Below the pieces are notes generated by a model. It worked only from the letters and a program-made list of their open reading frames with translations, ran no database searches and was not told where the DNA came from. Source: an uncultured Acidimicrobiia bacterium (lineage in GTDB: Bacteria > Actinomycetota > Acidimicrobiia > Spongiisociales > JAENVV01). Taken from it: a stretch of DNA of 64,000 nucleotides. This document shows, in pieces, positions 49,637 through 59,649 of the stretch. How positions within the stretch are numbered: position 1 is the stretch's first letter; every line of letters begins with the position of its first letter. Made by a program: the position numbers and the translations under genes. The stretch lies in contig CBDUEV010000003.1 in assembly GCA_965366365.1 (NCBI GenBank), positions 28,098 to 92,097 of the forward strand. The letters are read 5' to 3'.

Positions 49637-52204
49637 ATGGACATGAACAAGCTCACCCACGCCTCACAACGGGTGGTGCTCGGGGCGATCGACGCAGCAA
49701 AGGATGCCAGCCACCAGTATGTGACGCCCGCTCACCTCGTCGAGGCGCTGCTGGCGGAGACCGATGGGATCGTCTACCCGCTGCTGGCCAGACTGGAGGT
49801 GCAGGCGACCTCCGTCCGCAACGCCACGGTCGAGATTCTGAATCGTCTCCCCAAGGTGTACGGCAGTACGGAAGTCCAATTCTCACCCGAGGCCGCCGCC
49901 ACGCTGAAGCTGGCCGAGGACGAGCGGACCGGCTTGGGTGACGACTACACCTCGCTCGAACACCTCGTTCTGGCCCTCGTCGAGGACTCCGGCGAGATGG
50001 GCAGGACCCTCAGGGATCTCGGTCTGACCCGCGAGAAGGTGAAGGAGGCGCTCCTCACCATCCGCGGGTCTCAGCGGGTCACGTCTCAAGATCCGGAAGC
50101 CACCCTCAACGCCCTGGAGCAGTACGGGCGCGATCTCACCGCGGCGGCGCGGGCCCAAAAGCTCGACCCGGTCATCGGGCGCGACGAAGAGATTCGCCGG
50201 GTGATCCAGGTCCTCTCACGACGCACGAAGAACAATCCGGTCTTGATCGGTGACCCGGGCGTCGGCAAGACCGCCATCGTCGAAGGTCTCGCCCAGCGAA
50301 TCGCAGACGGCGACATCCCCGAATCGCTCAAGAACCGCCGCTTGATCGCGCTCGACCTCGGTTCCTTGATCGCCGGAGCGAAGTATCGAGGCGAGTTCGA
50401 GGAGCGCCTCAAGGCGGTCCTCCAGGAGATCACAGAGTCCCAGGGTGAGGTCATCACGTTCATCGATGAGTTGCACACCATCGTCGGCGCCGGAGCTGCT
50501 GAGGGCGCCATGGACGCCTCCAACATGCTCAAACCGCTGCTGGCGAGAGGGGAGCTGCGGATGGTCGGGGCCACCACCCTCGACGAGTATCGCAAGCACC
50601 TGGAGAAGGACGCCGCCCTGGAACGCCGGTTCCAGCCGATCCTCGTCGAGGAGCCGTCCGTGGAGGACACCATCGGGATCCTGCGCGGCCTGAAAGAACG
50701 CTACGAGGTGCACCACGGCGTGCGAATTCAAGACTCGGCCCTGGTGGCGGCCGCCGTCCTCTCGGACCGCTACATCACCGGCAGGCAGCTGCCTGACAAG
50801 GCGATCGATCTGATCGACGAGGCGGGGTCGCGTTTGAGGATCGAGATCGACTCTCTGCCGGAGGAGATCGACGAGCTCGAGCGACGCATTCGGCAACTCG
50901 ACATCGAACGGGCGGCCCTGCAGAAGGAGTCGGACTCCGCCTCACAGGCTCGCCTCGAGACTCTCGAAGAGGAACGAGCCAATCTCGGCGAGGAGAGCGA
51001 CCGTCTCAAGGCGCACTGGAGTCTCGAGAAAGAGGCGATCACCGCGATTCGTGAACTCAAGGAAGAGATCGAGTCGACGCGGAGCGCCGCCGAGCGAGCC
51101 GAGCGCCAGAGCGATCTCGAGAAGGCTGCCGAACTCCGCTACGGCACCATGCCCACCCTCGAGGCAGACTTGGCAAAGCGCGAACAACACCTGACGGGTC
51201 TCCAATCCGGAATGAGGATGCTGACCGAAGAGGTGGACGACGAACAGATCGCCGAGGTGGTGAGTCGCTGGACCGGGGTGCCCATTTCCCGCCTCATGGA
51301 GGGTGAGATCGAAAAGCTCATCCGCCTCGAGGACCACCTTCACGAGCGGGTGGTTGGGCAGGACGCCGCGGTCGTGGCCGTCTCCAATGCCATTCGACGG
51401 AGCCGCTCAGGACTCGCCGACCCGCATCGCCCCATCGGCTCGTTCGTGTTCCTGGGTCCGACAGGGGTCGGCAAGACGGAGCTGGCCAGAGCATTGGCAC
51501 AGTTCCTGTTCGACGACGAACAAGCCATGGTCCGCATCGACATGTCCGAATACATGGAGAAGCACTCGGTTTCCCGCCTCATCGGGGCGCCGCCCGGCTA
51601 CGTCGGCTACGACGAAGGCGGTCAGCTCACCGAGGCGGTTCGACGACGTCCCTACTCGGTGATCCTGCTCGACGAGATCGAGAAGGCTCATTCCGATGTC
51701 TTCAACGTGTTGCTGCAGCTGCTCGACGACGGACGGCTCACCGACGGCCAAGGCAGGACCGTCGACTTCAACAACGCGGTGCTCATCATGACCTCGAACC
51801 TCGGGTCCGAGCTGATCGACCGCTCTGCCAGCGACGAGCAGGTCCGCGAACAAGTCATGGGCGTGGTTCGGCAGCATTTTCGCCCCGAGTTCCTCAACCG
51901 CATCGACGAGCTGATCGTCTTTCAACGACTCACCCGCCAGGACCTGCGAAAGATCGTCGAAATCCAGTTGGGGCTGGTCAAGGCACGTCTCAGCGAACGG
52001 CGCATCACGTTGAAGGTGGAGGAGCCGGCCCTCGACTGGCTCGCCGACCACGGATACGATCCTGCTTACGGCGCCAGACCGCTCAAGCGGCTGATCCAGA
52101 CCAGCATCATCAATCCGCTTTCCATGAAGTTGCTCGAAGGCGCCTACGCCGACGGCGACACGGCAACGGTCGACGTCGCCGACGAGATGATCGTCCTCGC
52201 CTAG
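49637..52204 (+). CDS. clpB: Disaggregase ClpB
   Basis: Two AAA modules ([16 protein letters not shown]), coiled-coil M domain, GAPPGYVGY; AAGGA RBS before ATG 49637. Confidence 0.97.
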   Translation: MDMNKLTHASQRVVLGAIDAAKDASHQYVTPAHLVEALLAETDGIVYPLLARLEVQATSVRNATVEILNRLPKVYGSTEVQFSPEAAATLKLAEDERTGLGDDYTSLEHLVLALVEDSGEMGRTLRDLGLTREKVKEALLTIRGSQRVTSQDPEATLNALEQYGRDLTAAARAQKLDPVIGRDEEIRRVIQVLSRRTKNNPVLIGDPGVGKTAIVEGLAQRIADGDIPESLKNRRLIALDLGSLIAGAKYRGEFEERLKAVLQEITESQGEVITFIDELHTIVGAGAAEGAMDASNMLKPLLARGELRMVGATTLDEYRKHLEKDAALERRFQPILVEEPSVEDTIGILRGLKERYEVHHGVRIQDSALVAAAVLSDRYITGRQLPDKAIDLIDEAGSRLRIEIDSLPEEIDELERRIRQLDIERAALQKESDSASQARLETLEEERANLGEESDRLKAHWSLEKEAITAIRELKEEIESTRSAAERAERQSDLEKAAELRYGTMPTLEADLAKREQHLTGLQSGMRMLTEEVDDEQIAEVVSRWTGVPISRLMEGEIEKLIRLEDHLHERVVGQDAAVVAVSNAIRRSRSGLADPHRPIGSFVFLGPTGVGKTELARALAQFLFDDEQAMVRIDMSEYMEKHSVSRLIGAPPGYVGYDEGGQLTEAVRRRPYSVILLDEIEKAHSDVFNVLLQLLDDGRLTDGQGRTVDFNNAVLIMTSNLGSELIDRSASDEQVREQVMGVVRQHFRPEFLNRIDELIVFQRLTRQDLRKIVEIQLGLVKARLSERRITLKVEEPALDWLADHGYDPAYGARPLKRLIQTSIINPLSMKLLEGAYADGDTATVDVADEMIVLA

Positions 52205-52275
52205 CTAGATCGCCCTGAGCGGCAATGCCCGAAGACAATGCCCTGAGCGGCGGTGCCCCGAAACACAGTGCGCTG

Positions 52276-52310
52276 AACAACAATAAGGGGTTGCCGTCTC
52301 CGGCAACCCC
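52276..52310 (-). terminator. Intrinsic terminator
   Basis: Minus strand GGGGTTGCCG-GAGA-CGGCAACCCC followed by TTATTGTTGTT. Confidence 0.75.
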
Positions 52311-52510
52311 GAACTGTCTTCCCTGGCACGGGTCGGCCTCACAGCCGACTCGGATGCCTCCCCTGGCTTGGGTTCGTGCCGACTCTCGCCGACCCCTGGC
52401 CAAAGCTCACCCATGAACTCATGCAACGCCTCCCAATGCCGCACGAGCCAATGCGATTTGCCTCCCGGATTTCGATCCGGTGCCCCCCCGGTGTTTCCAC
52501 CTTGGTGCGA
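52276..52510 (-). ncRNA. Candidate ~230-nt structured RNA with repeated GGGAGGC motifs
   Basis: TACCAT -10 (52520-52515), serial hairpins with G-U pairs favouring the minus strand, own intrinsic terminator. Confidence 0.45.
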
Positions 52511-52890
52511 TGCCATGGTACGTCGGCATGTCCGAAAAGGGCGACGCAAGAGGGGTTCATTTCGCAAAGGTACGATTCGCACTAGACACTCTCGGTCCAT
52601 CGCCACCCACCTTGCGTGGCCGTCCTGGCGTGAAGGCTTCGGAGGGCAGACACGCTCCGTGAGGATCAATCAACGACGCCCTTTCGCCGCCCCGGTCTGG
52701 GAGGAGTTCCGGTTCCTCCCCCGCTCCGAAGCGCCCTGGACTTGGGCCGTGTGGGACCGAGACCGAGCCAGGTGGTGCGTCGTTCGCTCTCAGTGAGATC
52801 CGGGCCGACGTCGCTCGACACGCTGGGTGGTGGCGAGCCCGAGGGACGCCGGGGTACCGGACTAGTCAGGTGGCGAATCGACCGTGGGTA

Positions 52891-53241
52891 TCAATGAACG
52901 GCGGTGGCAGCGAATTCCTGGAACGCTTCGAGCGCGCGCGGACCGTGAATGGTGGCCGGCCCACCGCCCATGAGCAGGGTGACACCGAGCGCCTCCGCGG
53001 CTTCTTCCTGCGTAGCGCCCTTGTGGGCAGCCGCGCGAGCGTGATAGGCGATGCAGCCATCACACCCCTCGATGACAGCGATCGCCAGGGCGATCAGTTC
53101 TTTGAACTTGGCGGGTAGGACGCCGTCGGCCACGGCCGCCTTGTGCATCTCGGCGAAGCTGCCCCACACGTCGGGGATGGCGTCGCGAAGATCTCGCGAC
53201 GGTTGCCTCAGCTCGCCGATGATGTCGTGATAGTGGCCCAT
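52891..53241 (-). CDS. Carboxymuconolactone decarboxylase/AhpD-like protein
   Basis: KELIALAIAV..GCDGCIAYH, LMGGGP; GGAGG RBS. Confidence 0.9.
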   Translation of the reverse strand: MGHYHDIIGELRQPSRDLRDAIPDVWGSFAEMHKAAVADGVLPAKFKELIALAIAVIEGCDGCIAYHARAAAHKGATQEEAAEALGVTLLMGGGPATIHGPRALEAFQEFAATAVH

Positions 53242-53332
53242 GGGTCCTCCGCTGAGTAGTAGTGGCCTGATGGTACGGACCGGAGGCATCCGCCCGGTAC
53301 GGCCGATCGTCACATTGGGGTGGGACGCGCAA

Positions 53333-53357
53333 GAGCCCGGGTCCGGGACCCGGGCTC
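53333..53357 (-). terminator. Hairpin after the amino-acid ABC operon
   Basis: 11-bp perfect stem GAGCCCGGGTC/GACCCGGGCTC about 20 bp past the stop. Confidence 0.65.
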
Positions 53358-53376
53358 CCCTCCCTCCAAGGCTCGC

Positions 53377-54117
53377 TCAGAGAATCTGACTGAGAAAGAG
53401 CTTGGTTCGTTCGTGCTGGGGATTGGTGAAGAAATGGTCCGGCGTTCCGGCCTCCACCAACTGCCCGTAATCGAAGAACAACACGCGGTCGGCCACCTCG
53501 CGGGCGAAGCCCATCTCATGGGTGACCACCAACATCGTCATCCCCGTACCCGCCAACTCCTTCATCGTGTCGAGCACCTCCTTGACCATCTCAGGGTCCA
53601 GGGCGGAAGTGGGCTCGTCGAACAGCATCACCTTCGGCTCCATCGCCAGGGCTCGGGCAATCGCCACACGCTGCTGCTGCCCACCGGACAGCTGACCGGG
53701 GAACTTGTCCGCCTGCTCGGGGATGCCGACTCGGTCGAGCAGGCTTCGCCCGATGGCTTCGGCCTCGGTGCGCGACTTCTTCCTCACCCAGATCGGTCCC
53801 AGGGTGATGTTGTCGAGCACCGTCAGATGCGGAAAGAGGTTGAAACTCTGAAAGACCATCCCGACTTCGGAACGAATGGCCTCGATGTTCCTGAGGTCGT
53901 TGGTCAGTTCGATCCCGTCGACCGAGATCAAGCCCTCCTGATGCACTTCGAGCCGGTTGATACAGCGAATGAAGGTGGACTTCCCAGAGCCGGAGGGACC
54001 GATGATCACCACCACCTCGGCTTCCTTGACGGTCAGGTCGACGCCATGGAGCGCCTGGAAATCGCCGAACCACTTCTTGACGCCTTTGCAGACGATGATG
54101 TCCTTGTCTCCGGGCAT
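53377..54117 (-). CDS. Polar amino-acid ABC ATP-binding protein (AapP/BztD-like)
   Basis: [35 protein letters not shown]. Confidence 0.95.
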   Translation of the reverse strand: MPGDKDIIVCKGVKKWFGDFQALHGVDLTVKEAEVVVIIGPSGSGKSTFIRCINRLEVHQEGLISVDGIELTNDLRNIEAIRSEVGMVFQSFNLFPHLTVLDNITLGPIWVRKKSRTEAEAIGRSLLDRVGIPEQADKFPGQLSGGQQQRVAIARALAMEPKVMLFDEPTSALDPEMVKEVLDTMKELAGTGMTMLVVTHEMGFAREVADRVLFFDYGQLVEAGTPDHFFTNPQHERTKLFLSQIL

Positions 54118-54130
54118 TGTCTTCCCTTTC

Positions 54131-55957
54131 CTAGCGCTGACCGACGCCCAGACGCCGTTCAAGGCGCATGGAAGCACGGGAGAATGCGAACGTGAATACC
54201 CAGTAGATGACCGCCACCGCCACGATCGACTCGAGGAACGACCCGAGGAACTGAGACTGTGATGGGATCACCTTCTGAGCGATATACAACAGGTCGAAGA
54301 GGCCGATGATCGCCACCAGGGAGGTGTCCTTGAAGAGAGCGATGACCTGGCCCACCAGGGCGGGGATCACTGCCTTGAGCGCCTGCGGGAGGATGATGAG
54401 CGAGGTCTTCTGGATGGTGGTCATGCCGAGAGCGTCGGCAGCTTCGTACTGCCCTTTGGAAAGGGACTGCAGTCCGCCTCGCACATTCTCGGCGAGATAC
54501 GCCGCCGAGAACAGGGTCACGGCGCCCACCGCCCGCACGACCTGATCCAGCTCCAGTCCCCCGGGGAGGAAGAGCGGAAACAGGTTCAAGGAGGCAAACA
54601 GCCACGTGATGAGCGGAACCGATCGCACCAACTCGATGTACACGGTGGACACGGTCCGGAAGATCGGCAGAGTGCTGGTGCGGCCCAATGCCAGGATCAC
54701 ACCCAGCGGGAACGACAGACCGATGCCGAAGATGGCAATGACAAAGGTGAGGGCCAGCCCGCCCAGGAAGTCGGAGCCACCAAAGCCAAGAGCCGACTCC
54801 GAAGACGAGAGCCGCACCACCAGAACGATGAGGAACACCGTGGCGAACCACACCGCCACGAGTTGGCGGCGGGCCTGGGGCGAACCACCGAAGTTGGGGG
54901 CGAGGAGGCCGAACAAGCCGAGGGTCAGAACCAGAAGCTTGACCACCATGAGGACGGGGGCAAGGAAGAGGGCGATGAGGCCGCCGAGAAAGATGAGTCC
55001 CGCCACCGCTCGTCCCGGTTCACCTGAGCTCTCGGTGCCCAGCCACGACACCAACACGCCTCCGCCCACACCGAAGGCGAGGAGGATGGGCACGTCAAGT
55101 GTCAGCACGCTGCGCGAACCGGTCCAGGCCAGATCGGGCGCCCGGAGAAGAATCATCACGATGAACGGGGAGGCCAGCGTCCAGCCCGCCACGGTCGCCG
55201 CCCTGAGACCCTCGAAACGGTCTCGGATCAGCACCCCGAGCCAGTAGGCGAGCAGACCCACTCCGGCCAGAATCGTCCAGGGAAGTTTGGTGGAGAGGGC
55301 GATGGGCTCCCACACGTCGGCATTGAATCCCTGCTCGTTCACTCCGGGAACCGGGGCGCGCATCACCCACAGCGAAGCCACGACGCCGAGGAGAGCGAGC
55401 CCCATCAGGGCCAGGGTGGAGATGGATTCCTCGGTGGCGTTCTCGCCTTGCCGGTCGACCCAGAACCGTGTTCCCATGAACACCGCTCCGAACACCACCA
55501 GCCATACCACTCGATTCAGCGAATAGGGGACAGCCGCCACCAACACGGTCACGAAGAGAAAGCCCGAGGTGCCCATGACGATCCGTCCGAGTTGCCGCCT
55601 GCTGATCTTGTCGCCCACTCGATAGGCCGCCACCGAGAGGCCCGCCAGCACGACGATGACCCCCACCGACGCCCACACTCTCCACATGGCGTCCTGGGGA
55701 TAGGCCTGGATCATCAAGAGCCGCGAGTTCTGAGCCACCGCCCGCCATTGGCGGGTCCCTTCGAGTGCCCATGCGGCGATACCTGACAAGGACGCCAGCA
55801 AGGCGGCGATGATGGCGATCGAGAGGAGCGAATTGGCCACCGACGAGAAGAGGTTCTCCTTCACCCAGACGAAGGCTCCTGCCGGAGGCGGTTCGGGGGC
55901 GGGCGCCGACTCCGGTACTCCGAGGTCCACGCTGACCGGAAAGCGTTTTTCGTCCAT
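54131..55957 (-). CDS. Amino-acid ABC permease (AapM-like, extended)
   Basis: [33 protein letters not shown]. Confidence 0.9.
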   Translation of the reverse strand: MDEKRFPVSVDLGVPESAPAPEPPPAGAFVWVKENLFSSVANSLLSIAIIAALLASLSGIAAWALEGTRQWRAVAQNSRLLMIQAYPQDAMWRVWASVGVIVVLAGLSVAAYRVGDKISRRQLGRIVMGTSGFLFVTVLVAAVPYSLNRVVWLVVFGAVFMGTRFWVDRQGENATEESISTLALMGLALLGVVASLWVMRAPVPGVNEQGFNADVWEPIALSTKLPWTILAGVGLLAYWLGVLIRDRFEGLRAATVAGWTLASPFIVMILLRAPDLAWTGSRSVLTLDVPILLAFGVGGGVLVSWLGTESSGEPGRAVAGLIFLGGLIALFLAPVLMVVKLLVLTLGLFGLLAPNFGGSPQARRQLVAVWFATVFLIVLVVRLSSSESALGFGGSDFLGGLALTFVIAIFGIGLSFPLGVILALGRTSTLPIFRTVSTVYIELVRSVPLITWLFASLNLFPLFLPGGLELDQVVRAVGAVTLFSAAYLAENVRGGLQSLSKGQYEAADALGMTTIQKTSLIILPQALKAVIPALVGQVIALFKDTSLVAIIGLFDLLYIAQKVIPSQSQFLGSFLESIVAVAVIYWVFTFAFSRASMRLERRLGVGQR

Positions 55958-57516
55958 CAGCGTTCCACCAGTTTGAGACGGTTGTTCCAATAGTTGACCA
56001 CGCTCGAAAGACCCAGGCTCACCAGCGAGTAGAAGACCATCCAGAACAAGAAGATCGGGAGGACCGCACCGGTCTGGTTGTAGATCGTCGACCCGACGGC
56101 CACCACATCGGAGAAGCCCGTGGCGATTGCCAACGACGTGTTCTTGGCCAGGTTCAAATACTGGTTGCCGATAGGTGGCAGAACGATTCGGAATGCCTGG
56201 GGAAGCACGATCATCCGGAGGAGTTGGCTCCGCTTCAGTCCCACCGCCAAGCCGGCCTCGGTCTGGCCTTTCGAAACCGCCATGACGCCCGCCCGGACCG
56301 CCTCGCCGACGAACGCCGCCGTGTAGATGACCAATGCTCCCCAGAGAGCGGCGTAGGAGATCGTCACGACCTTCCCGAAGCTGCTGTCGTAGTTGACGAA
56401 CGTGCCCTCGGTCAGGACGGGGAGGTTGGGATCGAAGGGCGCCCCGCCTCGCATGAACTCGAATCGGTCGGCCGCCGCGCCGAACAGCCTCTCAAAGCCC
56501 GAAGCTTTGCCGAACACGTCCGCCCGCCCGATGATGGCTTCGGTCACGGCCGGGACAGCGAAGAGGAAGACCGCCACGATGAGAGCCATCAATCCGGCGG
56601 TGATGATCCTGTACCAATCGTCGTCCGAGAACTTGCCGTAGCCGTTCGGGGTTCTGAGCGAGTCGAGGCGAGCTTTGATGACCCAGTAGCCGCCGTAGAG
56701 GACCAAGAGGGCGAGCAACACCTGGAACACCAAGACCGGGAGGGTGGCGAACACCCACTCGATGCTGCCGAAGATCCATCCCAGGAAGCCCATGATCGGG
56801 TGAAGCCACCAGCCGGCGACCGCGAACAGGACCAGGGTGCCGATCGAGTAGATCCCGACCTTCGCCTCGCCGCGACCGGACTCCTGGATGCGAATACGCC
56901 AGCGATAGACGAGGACAGTGGCCAGGATCCCGACAACGAAGAACGCCACCCATTGCCAGCGCGTCTCGGTGGGGTTGAACCAGGGCAGCGCGAAGCCCTT
57001 GGCGGAGTAATAGAAGAAGTCTCTCTCCATGAACGGCAGGCTGATACCGGACTCAGTGGTGAGCTGGCCGAAGAGGCGGATGATGATCAGCCAGAAGAAG
57101 ATCTGGACAAGGAGCGGAATGTTGCGGACCGTCTCGATGTACCCGGTGGCGGCCTTGTTGACGATCCAGTTGTGCGAGAGCCGGGCCACACCCAGAATCG
57201 TCCCCAACACCGTGGCGGCGATGATCCCCGAGAACGTGAGGCGGAACATGTTGACCACGCCAACGGTCAACGCCTGCAAGGCCGAATCGGGAACGGTGAC
57301 GTAACTGCCTTCGGACAGGGTGATCCCGACCGGCTTGGAGAGGAAGTCGAAGGAGATCGTCTTGCCTTGGTCCCCCAGGTTGCCCGTCGCCGTGGAGGCC
57401 AGGAGCCAGAGGACGAAGAGGACGCCGCCAAGAACTGCGAACTGGGCGATCCATTTCAGGATCCTGACGTCACGCCAGATTGGTGGCCTGGCCTGTCGTT
57501 CGATCACTGACGCCAC
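55957..57516 (-). CDS. Amino-acid ABC permease (AapQ-like, extended)
   Basis: WRDVR, ARLSHNW, ETVRNIPLL, GNQYLNLAKNTSL. Confidence 0.9.
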   Translation of the reverse strand: MASVIERQARPPIWRDVRILKWIAQFAVLGGVLFVLWLLASTATGNLGDQGKTISFDFLSKPVGITLSEGSYVTVPDSALQALTVGVVNMFRLTFSGIIAATVLGTILGVARLSHNWIVNKAATGYIETVRNIPLLVQIFFWLIIIRLFGQLTTESGISLPFMERDFFYYSAKGFALPWFNPTETRWQWVAFFVVGILATVLVYRWRIRIQESGRGEAKVGIYSIGTLVLFAVAGWWLHPIMGFLGWIFGSIEWVFATLPVLVFQVLLALLVLYGGYWVIKARLDSLRTPNGYGKFSDDDWYRIITAGLMALIVAVFLFAVPAVTEAIIGRADVFGKASGFERLFGAAADRFEFMRGGAPFDPNLPVLTEGTFVNYDSSFGKVVTISYAALWGALVIYTAAFVGEAVRAGVMAVSKGQTEAGLAVGLKRSQLLRMIVLPQAFRIVLPPIGNQYLNLAKNTSLAIATGFSDVVAVGSTIYNQTGAVLPIFLFWMVFYSLVSLGLSSVVNYWNNRLKLVER

Positions 57517-57549
57517 GGTGTTCCTCTCAGTGCGGTGCCTCCTATGTGA

Positions 57550-57575
57550 GTGGGGGGCGCTTGCGCGCCCCCCAC
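57550..57575. terminator. Intercistronic hairpin after the substrate-binding gene
   Basis: GTGGGGGGCGC-TTGC-GCGCCCCCCAC. Confidence 0.6.
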
Positions 57576-57588
57576 TTCTCTTGGTTGT

Positions 57589-58725
57589 CTATCGAGCCGG
57601 CGGTGCGTAGATCAGGCCACCGTCGAACCATTGTGCGTTCGGCGTGCCCTCTCGGAAGATCTCGAGGCCCGAAAGGTTGGACGTGAAGATCTCGTCGTAG
57701 TTGCCGACTTGCTTGATCACCTGATAGAAGCCATCGGCGGGGATACCCATCCCGCTCTGCAGCTCGTCCTCGGTCACGCCGAAGAGTCGGCCCAACTCGG
57801 GATCGAGTTCTGCCTCCGCGATGACCGAATCGATGTTGCCGGAGTTCACGCCCTTCTCATCGGCGATGAAGGTGGCGTAGATGGTCCAGTCGACGATGTC
57901 GGCCCACTGGCTGTCGTTCTGGCGGTACACCGGGCCGAGTGGCTCCTTGCTGATAGGCGCCCGGGGGAAGACGATCCAGTCGCCATCGGCGATCTCGCCG
58001 TTGGCGATGGCCTGGAATCGGTTTCCGTACAGGCCCGAAGCGTCGGTGGTGATCAGGTCGCAGTCGCCGGCCTTGAAGCCTTCAACGGCTTCGGGGAACT
58101 CGGCAACCGTCTTCAGGTCGATGCTCACTCCGAAGACCGCAGCACCCTCGGTGATGTTCTTCTCGGTGGTGGTACCGGCGTTGGTGCAGAGCACCGCTCC
58201 GTCGATATCAGCCAGGGTGGAGTCTTCGGTGAAGCCGAACTCGGCCTTCCCCATCAGCGCCTGACCGTCGTAGTAGGTGGTCGGAGCGAAGTCGAGGCCC
58301 AGGGTGGTGTCACGAGTCTGCGTCCAGGTGGTGTTCCTCATGAGGACGTCGATCTCGCCGGACTCCAGGACGGAGAATCGTTCCGAGGCTGTCGTTTCGG
58401 TGAATTCGACCTTCGTTGCGTCGCCGAGAACGGCGGCAGCGAGGGCTCGGCAGAAGTCGGCATCGAGACCAGTCACCGAACCGTCGGGCTGGGTCTCAGA
58501 GAAACCAACCGCTGAACCGGATACGCCGCACTTGAGCGTGCCGCGCTCGAGCACGGTCGCCAAGGTGGCGCCGCCGGTTTCCGTTTGGGCCCCGGTTTCG
58601 GAACCGCTTTCAGTGGCAGTAGTTTCTTCGGTCGCCGTCGTCTCGTCGGATTCGGCCGTGCACGCAGCAGCGAGCATCGCCAAGACCAGGATCGGAAGCA
58701 GCAAAGTGCGGAGTTTCAAGTTCAT
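57589..58725 (-). CDS. Amino-acid ABC substrate-binding lipoprotein (AapJ/BztA-like)
   Basis: Lipobox AAAC, RGTLKCGV, RNTTWT, ISKEPLGP, GLIYAPP; AAGGAG RBS. Confidence 0.93.
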   Translation of the reverse strand: MNLKLRTLLLPILVLAMLAAACTAESDETTATEETTATESGSETGAQTETGGATLATVLERGTLKCGVSGSAVGFSETQPDGSVTGLDADFCRALAAAVLGDATKVEFTETTASERFSVLESGEIDVLMRNTTWTQTRDTTLGLDFAPTTYYDGQALMGKAEFGFTEDSTLADIDGAVLCTNAGTTTEKNITEGAAVFGVSIDLKTVAEFPEAVEGFKAGDCDLITTDASGLYGNRFQAIANGEIADGDWIVFPRAPISKEPLGPVYRQNDSQWADIVDWTIYATFIADEKGVNSGNIDSVIAEAELDPELGRLFGVTEDELQSGMGIPADGFYQVIKQVGNYDEIFTSNLSGLEIFREGTPNAQWFDGGLIYAPPAR

Positions 58726-58912
58726 AGCTCTCCTTACAGGACAGGATCGCGGGGAACTAGACACCCCCGCAGGTTCAGGAGAGTAGCCACGCGTCCGGAC
58801 GGGATTCAACCGAGATCGGGAGATTTCTTCCAGGTGCCCGTGGCCACTCGACCGAGCAAACCCGATTTGCGCCCGTTTGCGGGCCCCTTTTTCCGGGCAG
58901 CCCGGCGCGCGC

Positions 58913-59590
58913 TCAGAGCAGGTAGCGGGCGAGGGCTTCGGTCAGCTCGCTGTACGTTTTTGACCGAACCTTGACGTCGGGGCGCCGGTCGTACTGGCCG
59001 AGAGCGGCGGCGGAAGATGCCCCGAGAGCGGCCACCACCAGCCCGGTGAAGCTCCGATTGGTGGCCCATCCGTGGACGGCGGGAGCGGAGACGAATACAG
59101 CCGCGTCGACGGGCTCCGTGCTGGGCGAGATGGGAACCGTGCAGTAGACGGGAACCGCCACCAGGCTCCGGGCGGCATCCTTCAACGCCACGATGGCACG
59201 CGGATCAGAACTCGCCGAATGAGGGTAGGCCACCGACAGCTTGGCCACCCGTCCGAGCAATTCCTCGGCCAGATCGAGAGAGCTCCCCGTCCCGACATGC
59301 ACCACTTTGCCGCCCCTCTCGGCCACGCTGGTGGCAGTGGCCGGGCCCACCACGGCGATCGCCGCGAGAGGGAGAGGCCCATCGGGCCAGAGCAACGAGA
59401 GTGGCCGAGAGGAGGTCAGCACCACCAGATCTGCCTCTTCGCAGGCAGCCCGCGCCCGAGCGAGGTCATCGGGACGCCCCACCTGCACATCGATGCACGG
59501 CAGGGACACAGGCTGGAGCCCGACGGCCACCAACTCCACCGCCATCCCAGGCGCACGATCCGCGCTCGTCGTCACAGCCACCCTGGTCAC
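58913..59590 (-). CDS. hemD: Uroporphyrinogen-III synthase
   Basis: RVAVT, LTSS, AVVGPATA, VYCT, FVSAPAV. Confidence 0.75.
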   Translation of the reverse strand: MTRVAVTTSADRAPGMAVELVAVGLQPVSLPCIDVQVGRPDDLARARAACEEADLVVLTSSRPLSLLWPDGPLPLAAIAVVGPATATSVAERGGKVVHVGTGSSLDLAEELLGRVAKLSVAYPHSASSDPRAIVALKDAARSLVAVPVYCTVPISPSTEPVDAAVFVSAPAVHGWATNRSFTGLVVAALGASSAAALGQYDRRPDVKVRSKTYSELTEALARYLL

Positions 59591-59649
59591 TCATCAAACA
59601 TACCGGGCGGATGACGGGACCGGAGCAGGTCACGCCTGCGATCTGGAAG

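Noticed and set aside
52212-52251. Direct repeat GCCCTGAGCGGC x2 after clpB, considered as an att or target-site duplication
   Set aside because: Only about 28 bp apart, with no integrase or transposase nearby.
52205-52796. ORFs 52205..52669 (-) and 52368..52796 (+)
   Set aside because: No motifs, atypical composition, and the minus ORF runs through a terminator; the RNA interpretation fits better.
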